Shown here in pieces: positions 1 through 9,958 of a DNA stretch of 30,488 bases. Each line of letters begins with the position of its first letter. The first letter of the stretch is position 1. Both the position numbers and the translations under genes were made by a program. A model generated the notes under the pieces. It saw only the letters and a program-made list of their open reading frames with translations. It was not told where the DNA came from and ran no database searches. Source of the stretch: Bacteriovoracaceae bacterium (GTDB taxonomy: Bacteria; Bdellovibrionota; Bacteriovoracia; Bacteriovoracales; Bacteriovoracaceae); contig JABIHA010000020.1 in assembly GCA_018649885.1 (NCBI GenBank), positions 124,001 through 154,488 of the forward strand, read 5' to 3'.

Positions 1-360
1 GAGTGTGAGATTCTTAAGCCTAAGCCACATGAGCTCAACATACTCAATAACCATGCACTATGGACTCAAGAACTTTTAGATAAATATCCAGAGGCAAAAA
101 TGGGAGTCAATATACTTATTAGACAACACCATGGGTCCCTAACAGGAGTGGGTTATCCAGACAGCTATAGCACCAGGCTCTCCCCTCTTAGCATTGTTTT
201 TATTGCTAGTGAGTTCTATGCAAGAGAAGTTCTCGAAAATACTAACGATTTCTCGCACCATAAAATTTTGGAAAATTTGCATCATTTAATGAATTGTCAT
301 AAGTATCGTGAAGTACTTGAAAGCTTTGACAGCATCTATAAAGTAAAGAAAGCTTCTTAA
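1..360 (+). CDS. HD-GYP-like domain protein, C-terminal part (5' end lies outside the window)
   Basis: Frame 1 is open from base 1 (ECEILKPKPHELNILNNHALWTQELLDKYPEAKM...). RQHHGSLTGVGYP matches the HHExxDGxGYP motif in degenerate form. Confidence 0.7.
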   Translation, partial: ECEILKPKPHELNILNNHALWTQELLDKYPEAKMGVNILIRQHHGSLTGVGYPDSYSTRLSPLSIVFIASEFYAREVLENTNDFSHHKILENLHHLMNCHKYREVLESFDSIYKVKKAS

Positions 361-456
361 CGACCCTCTAAAATCGGCCACACAATGCCTCTCCCCAAGA
401 CTAGGACAATCAATCCTATCTGGGTATTGCAACATGCAAAACTAAAAAATAGATTA

Positions 457-669
457 TCAATAGCGCAACCTGGGATAACTACTGCCTTCGTCAATAACCC
501 AAACACCTGTACCTGTAGTAAAATCCCACCCCACATATGTGGCCTCGAGCTTTAGCTGGCCATCCGTTTTTGAAGTACCATCTGCAATATTGGTACAATA
601 GTCGGGAGCCGCACCTATTCCTGAGCAAGAAGTATCGAGGAAGTAACTTGATTCAATTATATTTTGATC
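457..669 (-). pseudogene. Remnant C-terminus of a GLUG-motif/adhesin-type surface protein
   Basis: Manual translation gives DQNIIESSYFLDTSCSG...GTSKTDGQLKLEATYVGWDFTTGTGVWVIDEGSSYPRLRY*, the SYxxD...TxxGWDF...WxIxEGxxYPxL pattern that ends GLUG domains. An in-frame TAG lies directly upstream and there is no ATG. Confidence 0.65.
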
Positions 670-825
670 CTATGGGTGCACCAAAAAGCCTTTCAAGCAT
701 ATGTTAATAGGTAAAAGCAATAAGTTGTGAAAAGCAGGAGTGTAATTAAATTGAGGCATTAACCTTAAGAAATATTAAATGAAAAAAAGAATTTTTAGTA
801 CGTCCACACTAAAATATTACGAATC

Positions 826-2784
826 CTACCCCTGACTTAATATCTCAATATTTGAGTTTTGCTCATCACTTCTTTCATCATCTTCACCACCATCAACTAT
901 ACTCATAAGGTCCCTTACGCTAGAGTTAAGGTTTTGAGCACTTACCTTAAGCTGAGACGCCATTGAGGCAGAATTTTGAGCAACTGATGCATTTTGATGA
1001 GTAACCTGATCGAGCTGTTGCATTGCAACTGTTATCTGACCTACACCAGTTGACTGTTCTCCAGAAGCTGTCGCTATTTCTTTGACCATTTCGTTAACAG
1101 AGTCAACATTTTGAAGAATACTTTCTAAAGATAAACCGCATTTATCGGCCATCATCGTACTTCTTTCAACTTTTTCTTCACCTTTGGCCACAAGGTTTTC
1201 AATTTTACTTTTTGAGTTCTCTACAATTTCGTTAACTTGCTTTATAGAGCTATCAAGCATTTCAGAAATCTCTAGGGCTGCCCTACCTGACATAGCAGCA
1301 AGGCTTCCAACTTCTTCTGCAACAACAGCAAACCCTTTACCGTGCTCGCCAGCTCGTGCTGCCTCTACGCTTGCATTAAATGACAAAAGTTTGGTTTGAA
1401 ATACTATTTCATTGATAACCTTTGTTTTTTCTCCAATTTGTTCGATCAACTCAGAAATTTTTGTTATTTCATCGTTATTATTTTTCATCTCCATGCTGAT
1501 TTCAGAATTACTACTCGCTATATCGCCAATTGATTTGATCAAATCCTCAATATTTTTCTTACCTTTAACGGCCTCATCGTGAGAATTTTCAGAGTTCTTG
1601 GTTGAAGAGGCAGCAGCAGTGGCATTTTTTTGAACCATGCTGCTGATTTCATCAATTGAACAAACTGTCTCTTGAAGTGAGGCAGCTTGTTCACGCGAAG
1701 CATTGCTAAGTTGAATACTGGCCTCAGCAATCTCGTTACTTGAGGAGGTGACTTCCCCTGAGCTTCTTCTAAGTAAAGTAATTACTTGATGAATTTTTTT
1801 AGTGATCGATCCTGACATTAAGGCGACAAAGAAAAATAAAGCCGCGAGAAAAATACTAATCACTATTGATATTTTAAATAAGGCTTGAGCAGACTCACTT
1901 TGAATTTGATCAATATCGCTTACTAAATCATCTTTTTGATAAATAATTAACTTCCCCAATATATTCAAAGCACCTGTAATAGTTGAAAAAAATTGATTAG
2001 CATCTCTATCAAAAGCACCCTTATCTGAATTTTTTAAAATATGCTGAAAAATGGTAAAAACTGTTTTCCACTCACTAGAGCTCTTGAAATCATCGATAAA
2101 TTTCTTAGCACCATCATCGAGAGTCAAACCTGGGGACTTGATTCCTTCGTCAACGCCTGCCTTAAGGGCCACAATTGCTGAGAATTTAGCATCTGTTATA
2201 GGCGTGTTTTTGGCCAAAACAGCTGTCATATTTGCTCTCAGCTTTCCTCCCGACTCTTTAGCATCTTCAAGTATTCTAAAACCTTTGAGTTTAGCAGATA
2301 TTCTGGAAAGTTTTGTTTTATTGGCCACATCCATTTCAATATCTAGAAATCTTTTAATAATCTTGGTGTACTGCTTTAATGCCTCATTTAGGGGAATTTT
2401 TTTAGATGAAACCTTGCCTCTAAGAGCATTGTATTTGTCGAGATGTGCTAGGATATCGTCTTGATAGTTTTTTGTAAAAGTTGATGTAATTACAACTTCT
2501 CTCAATGCTTCTATTTTTTGGTCATTAATAAGTCTTTGCTTATTAAGACTTGCTAGTGTCACACCACCATTTAAATATCCTGCACTTTTCCCCCGCTCTT
2601 TTTGTGATTCATGTACTACGGATGAAGCAGCTTCAATTACGTTCATTTTGCTCTTTAAAGATTTGGCTTCATTATATGAAGAGTAATTTTGCTTAATAGG
2701 ATAAGTAATGGCCATCACTATGAAACAAAGAAATGGCACAATGCCTACGAGGTAGATTTTCCATTTTAAAGGCAGATTTTTCAT
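826..2784 (-). CDS. Methyl-accepting chemotaxis protein with periplasmic NIT (nitrate/nitrite-sensing) domain
   Basis: Two TM helices, NIT signature [16 protein letters not shown], and MCP signalling tip [30 protein letters not shown]. Confidence 0.9.
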   Translation of the reverse strand: MKNLPLKWKIYLVGIVPFLCFIVMAITYPIKQNYSSYNEAKSLKSKMNVIEAASSVVHESQKERGKSAGYLNGGVTLASLNKQRLINDQKIEALREVVITSTFTKNYQDDILAHLDKYNALRGKVSSKKIPLNEALKQYTKIIKRFLDIEMDVANKTKLSRISAKLKGFRILEDAKESGGKLRANMTAVLAKNTPITDAKFSAIVALKAGVDEGIKSPGLTLDDGAKKFIDDFKSSSEWKTVFTIFQHILKNSDKGAFDRDANQFFSTITGALNILGKLIIYQKDDLVSDIDQIQSESAQALFKISIVISIFLAALFFFVALMSGSITKKIHQVITLLRRSSGEVTSSSNEIAEASIQLSNASREQAASLQETVCSIDEISSMVQKNATAAASSTKNSENSHDEAVKGKKNIEDLIKSIGDIASSNSEISMEMKNNNDEITKISELIEQIGEKTKVINEIVFQTKLLSFNASVEAARAGEHGKGFAVVAEEVGSLAAMSGRAALEISEMLDSSIKQVNEIVENSKSKIENLVAKGEEKVERSTMMADKCGLSLESILQNVDSVNEMVKEIATASGEQSTGVGQITVAMQQLDQVTHQNASVAQNSASMASQLKVSAQNLNSSVRDLMSIVDGGEDDERSDEQNSNIEILSQG

Positions 2785-2874
2785 TAGTTTTCCTAATTTA
2801 TTGTTTCAATACGAAAACATCAGGAGGTTACCCTGATATGATATTTTTTTTAACAATCTCTGTTATTGTGAATA

Positions 2875-2902
2875 TTTTCGGCAATATTTTGTTTACTCTT
2901 TA
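2875..2902 (-). promoter_or_regulatory. Putative sigma28 (FliA) promoter for the MCP
   Basis: Minus strand reads TAAA-N16-GCCGAAAA (consensus TAAA-N15-GCCGATAA), about 90 nt upstream of a chemoreceptor start. Confidence 0.55.
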
Positions 2903-3082
2903 AATAATTTTAGTGTTTCTTAAAGAGTAAAGCAAAATTTAGACTCATAGCTAATCTCCATTAGGAGAATCGCTTTTTTTTTATCTACGCTGAGAAAATC
3001 TACCTAGAAAACAATCAAAAAGCTGATCCCGCTCATAATAAGAAAAATTAAACAATTATGAACTCAAGTTCAAAATTTTGCT

Positions 3083-4876
3083 TTATTCATTTTCATAAGT
3101 CCGCCACCCCTCATAGATTGCAACTAACCGAGGATTTATCAGGCGTTGGTAGCGAGAAAAAAGATCAACCCTTGATTCATCTATTTCTGTATGTTTTGCA
3201 AGTACTCTTAAGGTTTCAAGATAGGATAGAGCTTGGCATATTTTTTCTGAATGAACTAACAATAGGTCAAATTTCTCTTCTTTAAACCATGTATTCACAC
3301 TGAAAATTTTCATGGCATCACCGGAAGAAATATCAAAATCGGGTTTAAATATTTTTAATAATAGTGACGCAATATTTTTTCTGAATTCATATTGAGATTT
3401 ATAAAAAGTCCGAGTAGATTGTCCTTTATTAGAAGCAAAATTTCCAATTGGATGTGAAAAAAGAATTGTTTGAAAATATTTAGCCGGATTTTTTAAAATA
3501 TACTTCATTAAATCTTTCAATGCCATTAATGATTGTATTTGAGATGTTCCCTCATACAAAAGGGCACCGCAGCTGTCTCGAACAATTCTTTCAATTTCAA
3601 ATTCTCTCATATATCCACATCCACCAAATCCCTGCAGACATTTAATGGCCATGGAGCTGAAAGTTTCAGTCCCGTAATATTTGAGAAGCGGAGTTCTCCT
3701 TCTCACCCATTTCTTTGCCTCATTAAATATGGCCCTTTCGTGTTTATTTAAGTCCCCCGTCTTCCTTATTTTCATATCAAGCTTTTGATAAATATCGTAA
3801 TGAGAAATTGAATCCATACAAAGGGCCCTAAATCCATCCAGCTCTGTTTCCATATCCATAATATTTCGTTTATATAGTGGAAGGTCTAACAGCCTTTTCC
3901 CGAATTGAGTTCTCTCACCTCCGTACTTTTTTACCATTGATATTGCTGCTTCCATTCCACCAATGCTTTGCATTCCCACACCAGTTCGCGCTTCATTCAT
4001 CAAAAAAAGCATATATTGAAAACCATGGCTTTCTTCCCCAATCAGGTGGGCCACGGTATTTTCATAAATTACCTCACAAGTAAGACTTCCGTGTTGGCCC
4101 ATCTTTTCTTCAGTTTTTGCCACCATAAAGTTTTTTACTTTTTCACCATCTTTGGTAATAATCCTCTCCACCAAAAAAAGCGAAAGTCCCGACAGTCCAT
4201 CAGCAGCACCTTTAATACGCCCGAGGACCAAACCAATATCTGCTCCACCATTGGTAATGAAAATCTTTACCCCATTTAGAAGATAGCTTCCATCATCTTG
4301 GGTAGTGGCCGTTGTTTTTATGGCCCCTAAGTCTGAGCCACAATCGGGCTCAGTTAAGCACATGGACCCACTGATCTCTCCAGAGGCAATACGGGGAATA
4401 AGCTTTTCTTTCCACTCTTCGCTGGCAAACCGGGCTATCATATCTGCAATAGTTCCAAAAAAGGTAATTTGAGCAGCAGAGGCCTGGCATCCACGACAAA
4501 CATGACCAAAGGCCATAAAACCAATAACACTGGGAAGACCCATTCCACCATATTCTTGTTCAACAGAAAGTGAGTGAAACTTTAATTCTTTGGCCTCACG
4601 GTAAAGCTCATTTAATGGCGCATTAAATTTTGTCTCACCATCAACAACAACTCCACCTCCTTGCGCATCTAAAACTTTGGCCCTTGGAGCAATTGCCTCA
4701 GCTCCCCACTTCCCCGTCGCCGCCAAAACATCTTCGAAATAATCAATTAATTCATCAGCAGAGTTAAACCCATCTTCTGTTGGAAATTGGGGATGGTATA
4801 GTGGAATGATTTTGTCCCAATCAATTGCATTTTTGTAGAGCCATTTCCATTCACTAGAGTCTAAATAAAAGTTCAT
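3083..4876 (-). CDS. Acyl-CoA dehydrogenase family protein
   Basis: Motifs MCLTEPDCGSDL, LNGVKIFITNG, EEKMGQHGS, RTQFGK, and YEGTSQIQ with the catalytic Glu. Confidence 0.93.
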   Translation of the reverse strand: MNFYLDSSEWKWLYKNAIDWDKIIPLYHPQFPTEDGFNSADELIDYFEDVLAATGKWGAEAIAPRAKVLDAQGGGVVVDGETKFNAPLNELYREAKELKFHSLSVEQEYGGMGLPSVIGFMAFGHVCRGCQASAAQITFFGTIADMIARFASEEWKEKLIPRIASGEISGSMCLTEPDCGSDLGAIKTTATTQDDGSYLLNGVKIFITNGGADIGLVLGRIKGAADGLSGLSLFLVERIITKDGEKVKNFMVAKTEEKMGQHGSLTCEVIYENTVAHLIGEESHGFQYMLFLMNEARTGVGMQSIGGMEAAISMVKKYGGERTQFGKRLLDLPLYKRNIMDMETELDGFRALCMDSISHYDIYQKLDMKIRKTGDLNKHERAIFNEAKKWVRRRTPLLKYYGTETFSSMAIKCLQGFGGCGYMREFEIERIVRDSCGALLYEGTSQIQSLMALKDLMKYILKNPAKYFQTILFSHPIGNFASNKGQSTRTFYKSQYEFRKNIASLLLKIFKPDFDISSGDAMKIFSVNTWFKEEKFDLLLVHSEKICQALSYLETLRVLAKHTEIDESRVDLFSRYQRLINPRLVAIYEGWRTYENE

Positions 4877-4894
4877 CGGACCTCATTTTTTATG

Positions 4895-6430
4895 TTATTT
4901 TACTTTTTCCATAACTCTGGAATCTATTTTATTGGCGGTAATAATTCCTCCCATCATGGCCCCACCGAGACCTAGAGTGCCTATATCACCGCCTGTCATA
5001 TACAAACCCTTAATTGGTGTTTTAGGTCTTAAGGACTGACTTCGCCATCTCTTAGGAGTAGGATCAATTCCATAAATTGCCCCCTGAGGAGGACGACAGT
5101 AATAAGTCATAGACAGTGGAGTTGATAATTCGGAGTATACACAAAGCTTCATCAATTCTGGCATATGCTTAGTCATTTGGGCCATCATTCTGGCCTTAAT
5201 ATCTTCTTTGAGCTTATTGTATTCTTCAGGTCGCTTTCTCACCGTGGTTTCGTCCCACTTAGCAAAAACCTCCCAAGGAACAAAAGTAATAACCTCTCCA
5301 GTGTGCTTCATTTTCTCTCCTGGATCGTGAGCAGGATCTTTTGTAGATGCAAAAGAAGCGTAGAGACAAGCTGCCTCACTGTCTGGGTCCAATACATCCC
5401 AAAGCGCTTTCTCCATATCCCAGGTCTCAAAAAACCATTGACTAGATTTAGTAGCACCGGCCTTCATTACATCGCCTTCAAACCCTAAATAGAGATTTAG
5501 ATGGCAAGGGGTTTGAACCAGTGACTTGATTTCCTTTACCCAAGAATCTGATTGAAATTTGTCAGGCACCAAGTGCTCTACTGTGGCCTTTGCACCTATA
5601 GCAGAGATCACAATGGGAGCATAAAACTTGTCACCTTTTTCTGTTTCTACTCCAATGACTGTATCACCATCCATTAAAAGCTTTGAAACTGAGGCCCTAA
5701 CTCTTACTTCACCACCATTTTTTGTCACTGAATCTAATACATTTTCTGCAATTACTTTGGAAGTTCCTTCAGGATAAAAACCTCCATCCCAAAAATGACG
5801 AACAGTAAGAGCGTGAATAAAGAAGCTAGATTTGCTAGGAGTTGCCCCGTAGTAACCCCATTGCCCGGCAAGCACTGCTTTTAATTTATCATTTGAAGTA
5901 ATAGAGTCCAAAACTTCCTTAGTTGTTCTGTCTGCCCATTTGTTAAATTTTCTTTTAATAAACGGAGCGAGAAGACTTTCTGCCATATAGGGCAGCGTTC
6001 GAGCAGCAAAGTGCTGCATTGTCGTTTTGGCAGCTGCTTTAATATATTCAATATAAGTATCGATTGCTTCTACTTCGTCTGGAAATTTTTCTACCAAATT
6101 TTTTCGAAGTTGATGTTGATCACTGGGAAGCTCAAATTTAAATCCACCGGGAAAATTAAATGTATCGTAAACCTCATCATATTTGACCATATTAACATTG
6201 CCATCACTGATCCATTTAAAAACCCTGCCTGGAATTCTGTTTGCTTCCATCTCCCCAATACTATGGACACCAACATCCCAAACAAAACCCTTCCTTTTAA
6301 ATGTATGTGTCATTCCACCAGCAACATAGTGTTGTTCGAGAATTAAAACCTTCTTGTTAAGATGTGCTAATGCACTCGCGCAAGTCATACCGCCCATGCC
6401 AGAGCCAATTACTATAGTATCGAATTTCAT
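4895..6430 (-). CDS. FAD-dependent oxidoreductase, phytoene desaturase / all-trans-retinol 13,14-reductase-like
   Basis: N-terminal IVIGSGMGG dinucleotide fold, LEQHYVAGG..HTF..KG..WDVGVH, and C-terminal STPLS...GAIYG...TPIKGLYMTGGD. Confidence 0.88.
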   Translation of the reverse strand: MKFDTIVIGSGMGGMTCASALAHLNKKVLILEQHYVAGGMTHTFKRKGFVWDVGVHSIGEMEANRIPGRVFKWISDGNVNMVKYDEVYDTFNFPGGFKFELPSDQHQLRKNLVEKFPDEVEAIDTYIEYIKAAAKTTMQHFAARTLPYMAESLLAPFIKRKFNKWADRTTKEVLDSITSNDKLKAVLAGQWGYYGATPSKSSFFIHALTVRHFWDGGFYPEGTSKVIAENVLDSVTKNGGEVRVRASVSKLLMDGDTVIGVETEKGDKFYAPIVISAIGAKATVEHLVPDKFQSDSWVKEIKSLVQTPCHLNLYLGFEGDVMKAGATKSSQWFFETWDMEKALWDVLDPDSEAACLYASFASTKDPAHDPGEKMKHTGEVITFVPWEVFAKWDETTVRKRPEEYNKLKEDIKARMMAQMTKHMPELMKLCVYSELSTPLSMTYYCRPPQGAIYGIDPTPKRWRSQSLRPKTPIKGLYMTGGDIGTLGLGGAMMGGIITANKIDSRVMEKVK

Positions 6431-6436
6431 TTGGAG

Positions 6437-6445
6437 CCCCCCCCC
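6437..6445 (-). repeat. G9 homopolymer at the RBS position of the oxidoreductase
   Basis: Nine consecutive C on the + strand, 6 nt from the ATG at 6430. Confidence 0.8.
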
Positions 6446-6641
6446 TACTTTAAATTTATTTAGTTACAGTGTAGTCGTGCTGTGTGTATTTGTCTTCGAA
6501 TAATGAAGAAAAGTGATCCATGGAAATTGAACAAAATGAAGAGATTACCAGTCACATTGCTATGAGAAAAATTGTATTCAGGAGTTCTTAGTTGAGAAAA
6601 TTGATCAAGCGTATGTCAAGGCATTGGGAGAGAAATTGAGA

Positions 6642-6673
6642 CGATGGCACCTATTTGTTAATAAGTGCCATCG
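6642..6673 (-). terminator. Stem-loop, probable terminator of 6688..7329
   Basis: Perfect 9-bp arms CGATGGCAC/GTGCCATCG just after the stop; the U-tract is weak. Confidence 0.55.
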
Positions 6674-6687
6674 GTAGAATCATAAAT

Positions 6688-7329
6688 TTATTCTGAGCTT
6701 GCTCCGCCATCTAGTGTCTCATCTGGTGCAGGAGCTTCTGCTGCAGGAACTTCTTCGGCGGCAGGACCACTATATACTGTACAGTAAAAGCAATCAGTTT
6801 CACCCATATCACGAGCTGAGCCATCAGAGGTATCATCGTTAAAACCGCCCATATATGGAGAATCCATATCAAAGCCATAACGACCCATTTCCATGCCCAT
6901 CATTCCCATGCCACCCATTCCAAAGAGAGCGATCATTTCGTCTGAACCTGGTGATGAGTAAAGAATAGTAGTATCCGTTCCTCCAAAAGTATTTTTCTTC
7001 AATAGCATTATTTCTCCAGTGCTGAGTTTATAGGCCAGAGGAAAATCCTGATCTTTGGCCTCAGCCTCAGATTTATAAAACTTGTAATCTGTGCAATAGA
7101 TGCTCCCCAAGGCACAGTCAACGGAATGGCCAACCGGGGTATCAGGCATAGAGAACTTTAAACTTTTGCAATCACTAGAAGCCTCAAGTTTAAAAGAGGG
7201 TGTATACATAGCTCCGACTTCGGTGTAGTTAATAGTTTTAACGGCTCCAGTTGGTAGCTGACAGGTATCTTCAGCATATACATTAAATGCTGTCATCATC
7301 ATCACTGCGAATACTAATTTGAATTTCAT
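6688..7329 (-). CDS. Secreted hypothetical protein, Cys- and Met/Gly-rich
   Basis: Signal peptide (MKFK...VYA), AAGGAG RBS, six Cys, a GMGGMGMMGMEMG segment and an acidic Pro/Ala tail. Confidence 0.8.
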   Translation of the reverse strand: MKFKLVFAVMMMTAFNVYAEDTCQLPTGAVKTINYTEVGAMYTPSFKLEASSDCKSLKFSMPDTPVGHSVDCALGSIYCTDYKFYKSEAEAKDQDFPLAYKLSTGEIMLLKKNTFGGTDTTILYSSPGSDEMIALFGMGGMGMMGMEMGRYGFDMDSPYMGGFNDDTSDGSARDMGETDCFYCTVYSGPAAEEVPAAEAPAPDETLDGGASSE

Positions 7330-7738
7330 TTTAATTCTCCTTGAATTTTCTACAAATTATATTTTGTTTTGTTAATTAACGAGAGAAAATGGACAAACAA
7401 ATATTGTTTTCATTACAAACTCCATTTCATAGTATTAACTCTTTGAAGTTATATTTTGCAATTAAAAGGCCAAGTGATTTCTTAATGGGAGCTTACGATT
7501 TCGAGCTTTTTTTGACTAATTTATCGATTGCCGAATAAGTTTTATACATACAGTTCTTCTAAAATATCACCTATAAAACCCTAATAAACAAAACCCATTT
7601 ACTTTTAAATTCGGACGGGAAGGTCCTCTTTTTGGGACCTTAGGCACTTTATTATCTGAATAATTTACAACTGATCTATCTAAAATTTCAAACTTATTGC
7701 AATCTGTCTCTCTAGAGGAAATTCAGTGGGGGGTCTAA

Positions 7739-8494
7739 GTGAAACAACTTTTATCAATAGTTGTCATGATCATAAGCTTTAATGCCAATTCAGAATTACT
7801 TGATAGAGGTAGACGTTATTTCACCCTCAGACTCAACTACGACATGGAGTGCACAAGCTTTGATTGTTATTACAACCAAAGAACAATCAAACGAGATTCA
7901 AATAAATGTATTGTCAATTTTGAAACAATACAGCAATTTCCCCAACACTTTAAAAGTAACGTAGAAAAAATCAAAGGAAGAATGCAATTCGTAAGCTTTA
8001 TTCCTCTCCCTTATAAGTATGACCTAGTGAATTTAGAAAATGGTGGGGTAAAAGTAAGAGTCAAAATACATTTTAGAAAATTTCAAGATTTCTCTGAAAA
8101 ACAAAGACAATTCTTTCTAGAGTATCTAGATCTTGCAGCAAAGTATTGGCAGGACAATCACCCCTTTGAATTTCCAGTTGAATTTGAATTTTTAAAAGTC
8201 GATTCAAAAAAAGAGGCCCATTTCTCAGTGAGGGTTTTAGATAGAAAAACCAGAGGCCCCTATTTCATGAGATGGGGTATTGATTGGTCACACTATATGA
8301 TGGCCCATGAAATTGGACATATGATGGGCCTTGACGATGAATATAAGCAAGTTACAAATTATGGTCCAGATGCCAAGTACTGTGATCAAAGCTCACTCAT
8401 GTGCAATCAAACGAGAAGGTCAAAGGCCAGACCTAAGCTCTATCATTACTACTTAATTTTAAGACGAGGTCTTTGTCACTTGGCAGACAAATAG
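7739..8494 (+). CDS. Secreted zinc metallopeptidase (metzincin-like)
   Basis: Signal peptide, zinc motif HEIGHMMGLDDEY and SLM Met-turn. Confidence 0.82.
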   Translation: MKQLLSIVVMIISFNANSELLDRGRRYFTLRLNYDMECTSFDCYYNQRTIKRDSNKCIVNFETIQQFPQHFKSNVEKIKGRMQFVSFIPLPYKYDLVNLENGGVKVRVKIHFRKFQDFSEKQRQFFLEYLDLAAKYWQDNHPFEFPVEFEFLKVDSKKEAHFSVRVLDRKTRGPYFMRWGIDWSHYMMAHEIGHMMGLDDEYKQVTNYGPDAKYCDQSSLMCNQTRRSKARPKLYHYYLILRRGLCHLADK

Positions 8495-8511
8495 TCGGTG
8501 TATCACGCACC

Positions 8512-9942
8512 TTATAGGTAGTGTTTTGTCACATACTCAGAAGCTTTTTCAATGACTGCGATGTTTTTATCTATCAAATCACGTTTTTTAAAGTTGTGTT
8601 TGATTAGAGTGACCAGGCGATCGATTTTCATTAGCTTGCTATAAGTTAAATAAGCTGAGAGAGCGGCCATATTGGCGGCAGCGCGAACTCCGCAGCTTTC
8701 GGCAATTTCGTTCATAGGGATTCTCAAGGTCGTTACATCGTCCCTTTTATTCTCTCTTTCAATGATTGAGCTATTCACTAGGATCAGGCCACCACTTTCT
8801 AAAAGAGGTTCAAACTGATCGTAGCTGGGAAGATTCAATGCAATTAGCACATTTGGGGTTTCTACCATAGGAGCGCCAATTTTTTTATTGGAGAGAATGA
8901 CATGGCAATTGGCGGTGCCTCCTCTCATCTCGGGGCCATAGGAGGGAAGCCAAGTTGTTTCAAGTCCGTGCTCCATGGCAAGATACGCAAGCGTTGTCCC
9001 GGCCATAAGAACACCTTGCCCCCCAAAGCCTGCGATTCGAAACCTTTGTTCACTAAAATTATCGATGAATTCCTGATCGCGTGGAAAAAGATCTACGTTT
9101 TCAACTAAGTTAACGGCAGCAAAAATATCTTCTTTCTTTGTTGAGGGATAGTGTTTTGCTTTGGGTTCCCTCTCACTTATAACATCTTTAAAAACCTTGA
9201 TTGGAAACTGTTCTTTCATTTCTTTTTCAATATATTGTATCGATTCAATAGGATCTAATTTCCAACCTGTGGGACAGGTGGCGAGAATTTCCACAAAAGA
9301 GAATCCTTTGTGATCTTTTTGAGATTGCATTGCCTTTCGAATGGATCTTTTGGCCTTCATCACTGATTTGACATCACTGACGGCCTCACGAGCAACATAG
9401 ACTGGAGCGTGAAGTTGAGAAATAATTTCTGCCATCCGCATAGGGTATCCTTCATTAGCAAGATCCCTACCCAGTGGGGTGGTTGCGGTTATTTGTCCCT
9501 CTAAGGTAGTGGGGGCCATTTGCCCGCCAGTCATTCCATAGATGGCGTTATTAACAAAAATAACGGTCATATTTTCACCGCGATTGGCGGCGTGAAGAAT
9601 TTCAGCAGTTCCAATGGCAGCGAGATCACCATCACCTTGGTAACAGATAACAATACTATCGGGGTTTGATCTGGAAGCAGCGGTGGCCACGGCGGGAGCT
9701 CTCCCATGGGCGGCTTGAATATTGCCACAATTAAAATAATAGAAACCAAATACAGAGCAACCTACAGGTGAGATAAAAATTGAGCGATCGATAACTTCTA
9801 GCTCTTCCATCGCCTCGGCGAGCAATTTGTGAACACGACCATGCCCACATCCAGGGCAATAATGGGTCACCCTTTGATCGGTTCCCGGCTTTCTATCAAA
9901 GGTTTCAAAAAATCCCTTAGGTCTTTTCAGTATCTTTCCCAT
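8512..9942 (-). CDS. vorA: 2-oxoacid (ketoisovalerate-type):ferredoxin oxidoreductase, fused beta+gamma subunit
   Basis: HYCPGCGHG, TPP motif GDGDL...NNAIYGMTGGQ, then a gamma domain with AGFGGQG and WLPSYGPEMRGGTANC. Confidence 0.88.
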   Translation of the reverse strand: MGKILKRPKGFFETFDRKPGTDQRVTHYCPGCGHGRVHKLLAEAMEELEVIDRSIFISPVGCSVFGFYYFNCGNIQAAHGRAPAVATAASRSNPDSIVICYQGDGDLAAIGTAEILHAANRGENMTVIFVNNAIYGMTGGQMAPTTLEGQITATTPLGRDLANEGYPMRMAEIISQLHAPVYVAREAVSDVKSVMKAKRSIRKAMQSQKDHKGFSFVEILATCPTGWKLDPIESIQYIEKEMKEQFPIKVFKDVISEREPKAKHYPSTKKEDIFAAVNLVENVDLFPRDQEFIDNFSEQRFRIAGFGGQGVLMAGTTLAYLAMEHGLETTWLPSYGPEMRGGTANCHVILSNKKIGAPMVETPNVLIALNLPSYDQFEPLLESGGLILVNSSIIERENKRDDVTTLRIPMNEIAESCGVRAAANMAALSAYLTYSKLMKIDRLVTLIKHNFKKRDLIDKNIAVIEKASEYVTKHYL

Positions 9943-9958
9943 TTCTCACTCCAAACTT

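Noticed and set aside
4895..6430. crtI carotenoid biosynthesis gene
   Set aside because: No crtB/crtE neighbours; the motifs and context fit the RetSat-like branch.
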